Positions 24,302 through 38,108 are shown, counted from the first letter of the whole stretch. The stretch: 59,843 bases of DNA, filler included, from Porpidia crustulata (GCA_964255105.1; 6 parts of 6 records of this genome joined end to end with filler, not necessarily neighbours in it); one strand, 5' to 3'. Numbers and translations: made by a program. Notes: generated by a model not told the origin, from the letters alone.

Positions 24302-27300
24302 ATGGAACTGGAAGCCTCGCGAGCTTCGCAGTCGGACCAGGATGCAGGAACTGGGGCATGGCATCCAGCAATGAGACCAGATTCGCAGCCTCCAAGCCGC
24401 GAATACGAGCAGACGGCAGAACAGGACCGCCCGAGCGCTGCTACGATTGGACTCCAGATGCCCGTGTTCAATGGATTTGGGGGCGGTTTACCCAATCCAC
24501 CACCTGCCCTGATACAGCACGCTGCGTCCATCCCCTTACAAGACGACTACATCGAAGACGCTTTTCAAAGCGATACACCCTTGGCTTTAGACAATAATCA
24601 AAATGCTGTTCGGACTTCGGATGATAGCGGCGAACCAGGGGATGAAAAAGCTGAGCAGGAAGCTTTAATCTTGGAAACCCAGCATTCGGACTCGAGAAAA
24701 TCGATATCTTCGGCAATGGAAGACAAGACCACAATGGAGACTGGCAGCATAAATCAAAGTCAACCTAGTGACCTCTTATTTTCGTACCCTGAAGATATCG
24801 ATGGAGATCGAAAGCAGGTATTCCCTAAACAATTAACATCTCATGGTGAAGAAGGTGTCAAGAGTCTAGAATCGGCTACAGTAGTTGGAAAAGCGCGAGA
24901 TTTGTTGGACAACTTTGGCAGCATCAATCGCACAAATTCATTTCCTGAAGTTCCATCTATACGTCCTCCAGAGTCAGTGCCACCCCATGCTCTGGCTCAG
25001 TCACAAGCACAGGAAATCATGCAAGAAGACGAGGCACTCTGCGAGGAACCACTTGCGGGCGAGATTCAGGAGGAATTTGATCCCTTCAAATTTAGTACAG
25101 ATGGCGACGAAAGTAGCTTCTTTATTGGCACGGGAGGCCTTCATCCAGGAGCCGAGCATTCCCCGGCCGATGAAGAAGCAAGATTCGAGGAGGGTCTCCC
25201 TCTAATGCAACCTGAGTCATATACCAATATGCTAAACGGTAATCTAAACGGGTTAGACGATGATTTAACAATGTCCACACCGTTGTACGAGAGTCCTGAT
25301 AGTGGCCACGGGGCTAAGAATGAAACTACCTCGCCCAAGGAGTCATTCTTCAGGCCGCAACAATTAGATCGGAAATCAACAACTCAAGTTCTTGACTCGT
25401 TACACCATGGAATCAGTAATGCCCACCACGAGGTATTAGCAGAGAAGAATCTACAGAACTCTCTACTACATGAGGATAAACCAACAGCGTGGAAAGATTC
25501 AGTTCTTCCCGAGTCTCCGCGCCATGACCCGCGAGACATAACAGAAATAGATATGAAAACTCTCTCTACCCATGACCAGAAGGAAGATGATCTAGCCGCT
25601 ATATGGAAAGCTGCACTTGGTGATGATGAGCTTCTTGAAGAGTTTGAGCCCTCCATTGCTCCAGCAACATTCTTTGATGACGATGGAGAAGGTTTTCTGG
25701 AGGATACCAATAATGCCCCAATGGACCAACCACAGTCGCGGCAGGGGCCCTCTTCAGGTGATATTCAACCGTTCGATATTCCAAAAAGCAGCGGAGCCAT
25801 GCCGAGTTCTCACTATATGCCTGCCGCTTACAATCAAACGTCAGCTGCTCCAAATTCCTCACATCTCTCCGGAATTCAACAAACTCCGCAGCCGACATTT
25901 AATATGAGCCATTCTATTTCAGCTCCGGCAGGATTGACATCTGCAATGCATCAGCGTACATCTTCTGCTGAAACGCCTGCTCCCGCGAGGCCACAGATGC
26001 CGCGACCAACACAAAGTTTTGCTGACAAATCAAAGGGAGGATACACATCACCTTACGACCTTCCCATGGATGTTGCACGTCCACTCAAGAAGCGGAACTA
26101 TACACGACAAGTTCAAGTCGGTCCTAACGCTCCGATTACCGCCAACAATATGGCTCCACCCAGGAGTACCAGTATGTATACCAAGGGTTCTCCAAGCGTT
26201 GACGTTCCTCCATCTTTACCCACTTTAGCTGGTGCACACCCCAATTCGTTAACTGCTACCGTCCGTCCTTCCACACTCCAACCGAAATCCAGCTTCTTCG
26301 AGGAACTCCCGTCTGTCAAGCCTCGTCCGTCAAGTGGTATAGGCAGAGCTACCCATGCACCCTTAAAGATCGCTCCTCATCCATTGCCTCAGCAGCAAGA
26401 ACCACCTATACCAGATCCAGCACCGTCAGTGCCAAGCTCTTCTAATATCTCTCAGGCATACCAGCTCCTCCCTCCAGAACCTTTGGGCCTTTATGCAAAC
26501 ATTCCTTCGCAAGAACCTAGGACTCATGCTGTACCAGCACTAAAATCAAGATACTCGCCAGCTCCTGTATCACAACAGGCTGTCCCCCCTCCCCGGAATC
26601 GCTATGCGTCATCCCCTTCCAACGGCCCTCGACCCCAGCCAGCGCAGGTTCTGCCTTTTCAACCTCGTACATCAAGTCCACTAGCAACCCAGAACACCCC
26701 TGCCTTGCTTGGTAACTCTGTTCAAGCCGAACCTCCACAGGCGTCTAACTTCGGAAATGATTCATATCTGGGCTTTCAACATGAACCTGTAGCACAAGAT
26801 CTGCGGGACCCCTCCCATTATAACAGGCCTTCGCCCCCTTCAACAAATAGCCGTTACACGCCCTCTAGCAGTTCCCCACCATCGTCTTCACATTCCATGC
26901 CATCCCAAGAGCCTAATCGATTACCAGTCACCTCCCTTCCGAACCGTGAACTCCAAGAACCTCAGCAGAGCATACCAAACGACAGTACTTTTGGTCCACC
27001 TCGAAGATCACAAACACAATCTCCGACTGCCATGAGATCAAGGGCAGATTCACCTTCAACTATCAAGGCTCCTTATCAGCGGCCAGCGTCTGTCAACCAA
27101 AATCCATACATCCACAGTGCGCCGGCGTTTTCAGTAGCTTCGAATCCAGAACACCATCGTAAGAACCTTATTCCATCAACTGTCAATTATATCAAACCGT
27201 CAGACGGCCGCGAAAATGATAGTCTTGAGCGCTGGAAAGGTTGTCCTCTATTGACTTTCGGATTCGGTGGTACAATTGTGTCAAGCTTTCCGAAACACGT

Positions 27301-29908
27301 CCCACGCTACGCTGCCGGCCAAAGTATTCCAATGATCAAGTGCAGCCCTGGAGAGGTCAAAGTCCGTACGGGAAAGGCTTTTGCGATCGAGGAGAATATT
27401 GCAAGTTTCCCTGGCCCCCTCAGGACCAAGAGTAAGAAGAAAGAGGTCCTTGACTGGCTACAAAAGCGAATACTCGAGCTTCAGAATATTCAATTACGGA
27501 TAACCGAACAAACCGGTCTCCCAGACCCTCACAGACGTCACGAGGAGAAGGTTCTTCTGTGGCGGGTAGTCCACACCCTAGTGGAATTCGATGGATCCAT
27601 CGAGGGGAACCCCTCTGCCGAGAACGCTGTGAGGACTATCCTGTCACCAGAGTTGACTGCTAGAGACGAAGCGAGAGTATCACCATACCATGCCAATGCA
27701 TCTCTGGTTGGTATTTCGCGATCTGGTGGCTCAATCAGTACTCCCGAGCTAGCAGATCCGGAAGCATTAGAGGGCTTGCGAAAGATCTTGCTGCATGGTG
27801 AGCGAGAAAAGGCCGTTTGGCATGCTGTGGACCGCAGATTATGGGGACATGCGATGCTTTTAGCATCTACTCTCGATAAAGGGATCTGGAAACAAGTTCT
27901 CCAAGAGTTTAGCAGTCAAGAAGTGAGGGCATTTGGAGAGAATACCGAAGCCTTAGCTGCCCTATACCAGACATTTGCAGGTAATTGGGAAGAAAGCGTA
28001 GATCAGCTTGTTCCGCCTTCTGCCCGAGCCGGTCTACAGATGATCAGCAAGGTCTCGGCTTCTGGACCAACAAAGAATGCGCTTGAAGGCTTGGATCGAT
28101 GGAGGGAGACGTTGACTCTGATTTTGAGCAATCGTACTACAAATGACGGAAATGCACTCATAGCTCTGGGAAGGCTATTGGCACGCTATGGCAGGATTGA
28201 GGCAGCACATGTCTGCTATATATTCGCTAAAACGCCTGGACTCTTCGGTGGACCTGACGATCCTCAAGTCAGCGTCGTCCTTCTCGGTGCAGATCACTTG
28301 CAGCAACCTTATGACTACAGCCGGGACATTGACAGCATTTTGCTTACAGAAGTGTATGACTTTGCTCGTACAGTGCTGGCGCTATCGCCTATTGTGAATG
28401 TGTCGCCGCATCTGCAATCGTACAAGCTATATCATGCCTTGACTCTGGCTGAATATGGCTACCGATCCGAAGCACAGAACTATTGTGATACTATCACGAG
28501 CGCACTTAAATCGACTACAAAGCTATCGCCATACTATCATAGTCTCCTCTTCGGAGCTCTTGATGATCTGATTCAAAGGTTACGGCAAGCACCCAAAGAC
28601 GGTTCAACGTCAATGATTGCTGGGCTTAGCATGGATAAAGTTTCGGGTTCGGTTTGGTCCAGATTGAATCAATTCATAGCGGGGGATGAAAGTGACGCGG
28701 AGTCGACCGCCTCAGGCAATATAAATGATCCAACAGCTGGACCGTTCGCCAGAGTTGCTGGGGATTCCCCGAACATTAGTCGGCCGCCATCGTCAAATGA
28801 CATTTATGGGTCATATCCTTCAATGACTGGCAACTCCCCACAGATGCCCACAAATGTTGCGTCAAACTCTCGATATGCTCCTGCCAGTCAATATACACCT
28901 CGAACATCACTCGAACAGCCTGCTCGACCGTCGCAGGAGCTGCAACGACCTGTACAGAGCGAAGTTCTTAGGCCTCCGTTTACTCAGCAACGAAATCCTT
29001 CATCCCAGTCAAGATCTGCATCTACCAGATCGCCACAAGACCAGCAGCAATATGATTTATATAAGCTGCCGAGTCAAGCTTTGATGCATAACAATTCCAC
29101 AGGAACCTATCCGCCGACCCCTCCTCTGCAGTCTCAATACATGCCTATCGCTCCTCTAGATGACTCGTCATCACCTCACTATCAACAAGAGACCAACCAG
29201 ACCTCCGAGTACTCAGATATAAGACCATCATATGAATCTAAACAATCAAATCAAGAATTGCCGTCTAATAATGTCTACAAGCCGTTGAACGCAACCGAAA
29301 TGCCCCTCGACGTCTCTCAGATTCCTCAGCAACCTAGCTATGAGCCTCCTTCCAACTATGGTTACGAACCGCCCTCTTACCATCCGGAAACACAGGAAGG
29401 TAGTGATAGTCCCACAAGAATGAGCCCCAAAAAAAAAAAGTCGTTCATGTACGGCGACGAGGATGACGACGACTTTGCAGCGAAAGCAGCTTCAGTCCTC
29501 AGGGAGCAAAAGGCTCAAAAAGATCGTGACGCGGACGACGCTTTCAGGAAGGCTGCTGAGGTCGACGGTATGTTTCCCCGACTCTTTGGGGTATATCTGA
29601 CCGTATTGACGAATAACACAGCACAAAAAGGTCCCTCGCTCAACGCGAAAAAGTCTTGGTTCGGCGGATGGCTTGGCGGGAAAAAAGAATCAAACGATCT
29701 CAACCAACCTGCCGGTAACGCTCCAATCAAAGCCAAGCTAGGCGAGAAGAGCTCCTTCTACTACGACAAAGACCTCAAAAAGTGGGTCAATGGGAAGGGT
29801 GGCGATGATTCCACTGCCGTTTCTTCCACTCCTCCCCCACCTAGAGCCCCTCCACCATCGCGAGCGGTCACTGGCGCCGCGCCTCCGCCTACCACGCCAA
29901 ACCTACCA
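24302..29908 (+). CDS. SEC16: COPII coat assembly protein Sec16 (3' end cut by contig end)
   Basis: Long low-complexity N-terminus, then LTFGFGG, FPGPL, LLHGEREKAVWHAVDRRLWGHAMLLA, WRETLTLILSN, EAAHVCY, ILLTEVYDF and C-terminal KAKLGEKSSFYYDKDLKKWVN; likely in-frame intron ~29568-29621. Confidence 0.95.
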
Positions 29909-30008
29909 NNNNNNNNNNNNNNNNNNNNNNNNNNNNNNNNNNNNNNNNNNNNTTAATTAATTAANNNNNNNNNNNNNNNNNNNNNNNNNNNNNNNNNNNN
30001 NNNNNNNN
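29909..30008. other. Artificial contig spacer
   Basis: N44-TTAATTAATTAA-N44. Confidence 0.99.
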
Positions 30009-30467
30009 GGTGACGGGGGCGCGGGCGGCGTCCGGGGAGGTGCGGCGGATGGTGTGGTCGAAGATGAGGATGCGGGATGCGCCGGGGACGTGGGCGAGCA
30101 GGAGCTGTTCGACTTCGGGGTAGTAGTTTTTTTGGACGGAGGCGTCCGATGTGAAGGATTTTTCGGCGGGGGGGGGGATGGAGGAGAGGGCGGTGAAGGC
30201 ATTAGTGTTGAGGGTGAAGGTTGATTCGAGGGTGCGGATGTCTTGGATGGTTATGGGGAGGTCGGTGTCGCCAAAGTTGCGTTGGGGCTGGCCGGGAGGA
30301 GGGGTTTCGACGTAGTTGAAGGGTTTGGAACCGTCGGAGGGGGGTTGGTAGAATTGAAGTTTCGGGGTGACGGGACCGCGGGGAATGTAAGTTGGGTCGT
30401 CGGTGGAAAGGGTTTGGGGTACGGTAGTGGCGGTGGTAGCGGTTGTGGTTTGGGTTGTAGTTGACAT
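30009..30467 (-). CDS. AsaB/CmcJ-like (NvfI-related) putative oxygenase, N-terminal half only
   Basis: PRGPVT.KLQFY.PP.DGSKPFNYV, IQDIR....FTLNTNAF, YYPEVEQLL...PGA.RILIFDHTIRR; runs into the spacer. Confidence 0.85.
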
Positions 30468-31042
30468 GGTGGCTTGGGAGTGTTCTCAAATAAGTGTGGA
30501 GGCCAAGTGGAATAGGTGTCTGAGTTCGACTGAGCGATGATTGTCGTTACGATTGATGTGGAGAGGAAGAATCAGTCTTATATCAACTTCCCCCTCTTGA
30601 TTGGTGATGATTTTCTATGGATTTGGGATTTCTAATCGACTTGTCGTCATCCAGCCTTCAAAACTAAACGAGACAGCCGATCGTCCGGGGTAGAGTTTGA
30701 CACTGCAGCAACCGCTAAGCACGCCATTGACACCAACAGCATGCCATTAGATATGTCAGCTGTCAATTGGTAAATGGTGTCACACAACACGCAAACGATG
30801 GAACGTTCAGAAAAAGCTGAGTTAATCATCAATAGAAATCCTGCAATTTTTTTTCACTCATGGTCATATTGGTAAAAGTGCCCGCTTTTTTTTCTAATGC
30901 CATCTAATTAACCGAATACTTCTATTTCTTTCTAGCAAAGGCCTGATCCTGGGTATATCCAGCTAAAATGCAGCAAAGTTGCGCCGCCCTCACAAGCTTT
31001 CTTCATCCCTATTCACTCGTTAATTGCCCATACGCTCTACTT

Positions 31043-32918
31043 CTATTCTTCATCCTCATCATCCCCTTCCATTACCTTTCCGAACGAGTTCACCACTTTT
31101 CTACTCCCTTCTTCTTTCCCCCATCTTCCTTTCCCATCCGCAAACACCTCATCCTCAACCTTTTTACACACCTGACCCCACTCCATCCACGTATTTTGGT
31201 CCGTCCACACGCCTCCTCTGCCACCTCTTTTATCCCACCATGTATGACCTCCCGTAGCTGCCGCGAAGGCAGCCTCTTTGGTCTGGGTCGATCTGATAAA
31301 GCGGCGAAGTAGAGCACGAGCATCTGATGAGAACCACATTTGTGACCACCAAGACGTTAGGGGTGACTTGTCTCCATTGAAGTGGAGCAATGCTGGGGTC
31401 GAGCCTGCGTAGACATTCATTGCTAGGGACACTTCTGACCATGCCGGCTCATTTGAGATAGAGTCTAAGGCCTTTGAGTATGGGATTAGTATCCCGTCTT
31501 TCAAGTCCCCACTACGGTTACCAGGAGATGAATAGGCAAAGGGGGGCCGGGCCTGCTGAATATCTATTGGTAGCCACGACGGCAGCGGGTGTACCGATGG
31601 GATCTTTTCGTGGATACGTGATAGACTTGAAGTATCATTGTAGGAGATGAACTCGATATCGCTAGTGGAGTGTGTCATTGTCTGGAATATTCTTGATTCG
31701 TAATCAAGACCGATTCCAAACTCGTAGTTATGGCCAGGCATAATGGTCATATTATTGATTGTTCGATTCGATGACAAGGGCGACTCAGTAGTCCCAAGAG
31801 CATTAGATATCCAATCGAGCCATCGTCCGCCAGCCCTTTGGGATCCTTGTCTCAAAACTTCTCTTCGATATTCTTGTTCACCGAAGATCTCGGCGAACAC
31901 AAATTGGTCGCCTATGGTACCTCTATTATCATGAACTTTCTCTAAAGCGCGCTCGTACATTTTTCGTATGTCCGTAACGGGACCAATTATTGTACCCGAA
32001 TTCAAGAATCTCGGACGATTGTTGAATGCCTCAGGGTCCTTATCGGTCTCCGCTCCATAGGTATTCTTTGGGAGTGTTGAGTATGGCACAGCAGCACATG
32101 CTGGGTCGTCTGCCGAGTTTGGCCAGCATATCTTGTCCGCGGCAAAAATGACATTCTGGGTATACCTTTTGGTGGGCTCTTTGTAGTCTTCATTTCTTGC
32201 CTTTTCAACAAGGGCCATACCATATCTTGTCATTAGACGTTTGTTGGCGTCATTGACCAATTTATGATACCTCTTGATCATGACCTCAGGCGGAAGTTGG
32301 AACCAGACGTCATAGCCATCCACGACGAGAACTAAATCGTCATCCTTCATATGCTTAGCTGCGTTGAGCCAATTGTAGATGCCTTGGATTTTCCCGGTAT
32401 GGGTTCCCTTGTCCCAATTATCTCCGGTGAAGATCTTCCGGTAATTCACCAAGGTCGGAGGCGGGTAAGCAAGTAGAAAGGAGGAAAGAAGTGTTTTGCA
32501 TAGATTTGCATTCGACTCTGAAGCTGGGATGATGAGGTGGAATGAAGGATTGGTCTTTTGCAGTCCACTCGGCACAGTCCCGTTTCGAAGGCGTTCAAGA
32601 CTAGGACCATGAAGGACAGGTATCTCCAAATGGCCCATGAGCTCGGGTTCATCGGAGAGTGGGGCATTTGGCTGGAGTTTTGATTGAGAGTTTACTGCTC
32701 TCGCTCGTGCCTACATAAGATGAGTATTGCGAGCTCCAAATAGGGAGCGGCCATACAGTGGGGGAGCTTTTCCATCCTAGAGACAGTAGGAGGATGCACA
32801 GCACGAAGATAAAGAAACCCGTCCTGCTGCGTCGCGGACGTGTTCGATGCATGAATCTTGGCTTCAATCGCGACGGACTTATTTGTGTGACACAGTCAAA
32901 GGAAGAATAGCGGGCCAT
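31043..32918 (-). CDS. Type II membrane protein with a PLOD/LH3-type (GT-A) glycosyltransferase-like domain
   Basis: N-terminal anchor FFIFVLCILLLSLGW; a predicted 43-nt intron (~32672-32714) joins ORF 32649-32918 in frame to ORF 31043-32638; motifs LVLVVDGYDV, VIFAADKICWP, RFLNSGTIIG, DQFVF, LDYESRIFQT, LLHFNG. Confidence 0.75.
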
Positions 32919-35247
32919 GACAGGCTAGCACGTTGCTATAGGCAAGTGTTGCTGTTAATGGTCACACTTCGAGGTAGCTACGGAACCTCACGCGAGCGAG
33001 AGTACAGCCGAAGAAAGATAACCTTCATTAGAAAACACTACTATTAAGACTGAAAAGTGGTACTACGTCAACTTTCCATAGTTTTCATAGATTCCGGAGT
33101 CGAATTTCGACCACCAGGTGATTGCCTCGAGGCAGTTACATCACTCCGACAGATCAAAAGAGGGCAGTAAGTAGAAACGAGAGATAGATCCATAGGTAGG
33201 TATTCAGGCGACGACGCACGTGATACATGAGAGAAACGTAAGGTATCTGCTGTCGGTTGGAAGCGTCCGCTACCAATATGAAAGTTGTTAATCATCCGCA
33301 TCAGGAAGGGGCATGAAATTCGTGATATTTATCGTAAGTAGGGTAGACGCGGATAGTTTTTACGATGACAGGTAGAACTGCATTCGTGGAGGCAACCAGA
33401 GCCAAGTTCTTCGACACGCTTGATAATGTTTTGGTGAAATGAAGTCGACGCCAGCCAAAGCACTGTGCTCCATAAACTGCGGGATGTGATGTATTTCTAG
33501 TCTTTTATAAATAAATTCGACGACGAATGAATAAACAAGAAATGACTAAGAAAACTTTGATACGCGTTCTCGCCTAAATCTTATACTCTAACCCTAGCCC
33601 TAGACTTTAGCGTTCCAGCCGCCCTCAATCTTTCCTTCCAACGCTTTAGACGCCTGAGAATCTCCAACAACGAAGCCGAAAGAAAGGATATACCCATGAA
33701 GCCGACATTCCTTATTCCGTACGAAAGTTTTCCTTCTTATTTCGACTGACCTCTCGCAATTTTCTTTCAACTCTCTCATCATTTTCGCGTCTTCTTCTCC
33801 GTCTTCTCCAACCACTCCTTCATCTCCCCCTCTGATTTTCTATCGGTCTTCACCCCCGTCGGCAGCTGCTCATGCGGATGTTTTGTCCCAAGCCATTCCT
33901 TTAACTGTGGCTTTGATGTCGCTGCCTTTTTGGGCTGTGTGTTCGTACCGGAGGTACTAGCGTCGCTGAAGTTGTGGTGGGAGGAGGGGCTAGAGGCAGG
34001 GGCAAGAAGGGGTCAGTCTGGTTAACCTTCAAGACTTGATGGAGGTACTGAAAAGGGAAGTACGGGGTCTAACGGCATCGTGGCTTAGCGCAGGCCTATC
34101 GAAATGGACGTTGCCGAGGTGGGAGGCGTGAGGGTTGAAAGATGCTTTGACCTGGATGGAGGACAACGGCGGCACAAAGAAGCACACGAGCGGCGGCACT
34201 AGGTCCAGGTATAAGAACTTTCTTCCTTGGGAAGCTGAATGCAATACAGAGGTGGATGTCCTTGAGGCCCGGTATGCAGCCCTCTATATAAGCAGTATCG
34301 TCCTCCATCCCACTTTACTCAGGGGTCGCCATTCCTGGGATACGTATAGTGGGGGTGTTCACGCTAAGTCGATCTGCTCGACTGAGTCGTGAACCATCAT
34401 TCAATTCTTCCGTATTCAAAGGTCCTCTTGCTTCCATCTCCACCGGTCTTGCCTTATCTTTGAGTCCTCCGTTTCCCTCCTCCCACTATTATTAACCATC
34501 CTGCTAGTGGTTCAGGGACGTCTAGTTGAAATTGCTGGCAAGCCGTGCAGCTTGCCGTACAGGCTCAAAGCAGGAGGCGACCTCTCCTTAAAATAGATCC
34601 CGGCTTAAGCAGCCTCTGGATCAATCAAGAATGGTGTTGGCAGGAGAATGTACTGCCGGAGGACCACGTCGTATTCTGATACGAAGACTTCCGCAAAGAG
34701 ATTTATGGGTCAATCCAGTCAGTTTGAGGCAGACGACGGGGTTCGGAAGGCAATGTGCAAGAATTGCTTTGCGACTCGGCGCTATTCGGCTAACGATAGA
34801 GACTTGCCACGGGTATTAGCTTGAATTGCGTTGACCTGGGAGAGCAAGGAAGCGAACACCGTATCGGTAGTACATGCCATGGCGGGAAGTTTAGGAGGAG
34901 AGGTAGATGCGGGTTCTTTCTGCACGGCCCACGACTCACGCCCCTATTCTCGGGGATGGGGGCAAGTCTGGTTCAAGTCTTGGATAACCGTCCAAGTAGT
35001 GGATCGGATGGGTAGAGCGTCGTTGATGTGTGATTACAAGGACTCACTATTCCGGAATTACTTTCTACAACATTGTGTTCGTCTAGCCAAATTCAGTGAA
35101 AGATATATGAATGATTCCATTCTTCCTAAATACTAAAATTCGTTAAGAGCTATCCTGCTTTCATTGCGATACCTCGCATCTGTTGACCCCTTTCAGCGGC
35201 GGTTTGTCCCGTTTCATTCGATTAGTGGAGCTTCAAGCTCTGCTACG

Positions 35248-38108
35248 TCAAATTCCACTTGTAGTAATAATGCCATGAGCACGTCTTGAGGCTGATCTTC
35301 CACCAATTCTGTTTTCGCGCAGTTTACCATTCATGTTATTGGCAAGCCCATGCGCAGTCTTGTAATGTCTACTTAGGTTATCTTCGCGACTGCATTCTAC
35401 ATCGCACCCTGGCGCTGGGCAAGCTACCCGTCTCTTATTTTGCGAGTGAATGTCGCGAATGTGGCGATTAAGATTCGAAGGGCCAGAATTTTCACGGAAT
35501 GACGCATTGCAGATTTCGCACCGTAAGATGTTGAAGGTACTAGGCAAAGGCGAAAGTGAAGGCGTTAAGCTACCAAAATGCACTGTTGCGTCTGATGTGG
35601 TGAACGGAGTGAACGGAGTGCTGACATCACTGCTAGCGGAGGATGCGATGCAATCTGTAGTGATAGACGTTGAACTAGATGTTGACAAGCTAGAGTTAGT
35701 TGGGCTTGTGTCATAGCTCGAAGGTGAGGATGTTTGCAATTCAGTCGAGCGCAGCCCAGATTTATCGAGCACAGCTACATGACCCAAGTCCTGTCCCAGG
35801 CCAGTAGAGGTACGTGTTGAGCACTGCCAAATACCCAATTCTAGGTCGGCTTGCAATTTGTCTATAGCCGTAGCATAGTAACGGTCGCGCCAATTGTAAG
35901 CATACGAATGCCCGGCATTGTGATCAGACTCGCGCATGGCGTTATCACAAAGATATGACACTTGAGTCAAGAATCTCTCATAAACTAGATGAGATCTGTA
36001 ACACCGCTGCCCTTAGTCAGTCACCACTATAGTAGATTCTTCATTTCCATATACTCACTCTACCATTCATGATCAGCTTGACCTCAATTTCATGCGGATT
36101 GTGCAGGATTCCACAACGGAGATCGTTGTGTGTAATCGTGAGGGCGTTGTGGAATTCTTTCAGCCTGGGGTCCTGCCTGAGCGGTGCAATGATCGAGGTT
36201 TCCATGATCTGAATGTGATCCTGCAATTGTTGCAAGTGGGATGGCGAGTGAAACGGATTTTTGCCGTTTCGATCCGCTATGCCTATATAATCGACGGCTA
36301 CACATTCAGGAGTTAGACGGGACCGGAAAAAGGAATTGAATTTTTAAACTACCATCAAGAAAGCGGCAGCAAATGCTGAAAGCTCTTCCTGTCTTGACTA
36401 TTGGAAGCACCGACGTGTCACGTTGAAGCCCTGTTGGCGGAGGTAGTGATGCATTGAATTGCATTGGTGTGTGTTCATGAACATGCTCATCAAATAGCAA
36501 AGATTCGCTCCCTAGTTTGAGCCAATCCTGCGATTGAGCAAAGAGCGAAGCATTTGAGGGGTGGTGCGAGTCACTAAGTCCTTGGCGTAAAGCTGAGGGT
36601 AACCGTGGCGGTGACCAAATATTGTGGGCAATCCTAGAGAAAATATTTCTGTCTTCCTCATTAGTGATTGCAAAACGCCACCTTTGTACGTCCTCATATA
36701 GTTCATCCCATGGATAAGACTCATCATCTTGAAAAAGTACGTAGGCAGATGCAAATGCGACCTGAGCCAGCGAGAAAACGTTGGCAAAATTAGTCGGTGG
36801 TACATCGCGACACCAAGATCGCAAAGTTTCAAGGCCTCTTTCGAAAGGCGAGGCAGCGCAGAACGGTGCCTTGGCAAGGGATAATTCTGGGATTGAGGCC
36901 ACTTTGTGCAACCAGTAATCATTCAAAACATGAACAACTTCACGGACGTGCTTGACAAGTATTGTTGCTGTTGGAAAATCATCTTCAAGAGATAGGTTTT
37001 CTTGTTGTCCTTCCGTACTAGTCAGGCCAAGGGAGTAAATACTATGATTAAAGCACTGTTCAGGATCTTGAGCACAGGCTTCATGTGTCTGACCTATGTC
37101 TTGAGCAATTCTGGTCTCGACAGAGAATCCAAAGCTGGTCGAGATCGATAAGACTGGCCTTCGAGGAGGAGAACGGGGGCTTTCGTCTGGAATAAAGCAT
37201 TCAGTTGAAGAAACTGGACTGACAAGTTCTGTAAAGGGAGTGAAAGTAGAATCGCGAAGGGTGAGCTCTGGTGAAATGGGGGAAATGAGCTCATGATAAT
37301 CCGGCATGTCTTGGTCGGCCATAATGCCAACCCAGCTCTCCGTCAATCTTTCCGCAATTACATCTGCAGTCAGCGCCTCGTCAGTTATGTTGCCTGTAAA
37401 TGTACCTTCAACGCTCATAGGGTTTGGATGTTCTATAATGGCATTCCATGTTTTACAGCTTGACCTTCTCGGTTTAGCTCCAGGCTCAGGATTTTCCAGC
37501 TCTGACCTCAGGCCAAGGGTCGCCATCAATTCATATCGCGCGGATGTGCCATGGAGTTCACCAAGAGGTTCGTGCTGCTCTAGATGGTCTTGCATATCAG
37601 TGAAAAAGCCCCTGCGGACCCCGATGCTATCCTCCCAACATTTATCTTCAAGTTCTCCACAATGCTGAGGATACGATGGTTTGGCATCGCTTTCCATCAC
37701 ATTCCGGCATCGTCTCTTCATGACCCAGTTCATAATCCAGCGGTTGAAAGGGCCGTTCTTGTGCGATGGAGTCGATAAAGTAGTCTCCGGTCGCGAAGAG
37801 CTCCTGCAAACGCCGAAATGTTTGAAAAACAGTACAGCGCGCTCCACTTTTGTCTTCTTTCGGCCTGACTCTTGTATCGTATACTTAGAAGTTGATACTG
37901 GAGCTGCAAAGTTCTCTTTCTCGTGGCAGTAAGGGCACCAGTACCAAGCATCGGAGAGACGTGGGCATGTGTCAATGTGTTGTAAACAAGACTGGATATT
38001 GTCGAAAGTCTCATGCTCGCAGCCTACCATTGGGCAGATGAAGTGTTTTTGGGCAAAAATATCTGGTAATGCATTGCGCACAAATGCTACCCAATTTTGA
38101 AAAGCCAT
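35248..38108 (-). CDS. Uncharacterised protein with N-terminal Cys/His zinc-binding motifs and two C-terminal C2H2 fingers
   Basis: N-terminal CPMVGC..HIDTC..WYWCPYC; C-terminal CEICNASF...NLNRHIRDIH and CPAPGC...REDNLSRHYKTAH; predicted introns 36298-36352 and 36007-36058 join three ORFs in frame. The true start may lie upstream of 38108. Confidence 0.75.

Noticed and set aside
32638..32714. Apparent frameshift in the glycosyltransferase gene
   Set aside because: Explained by a short GT-AG intron that restores the frame.
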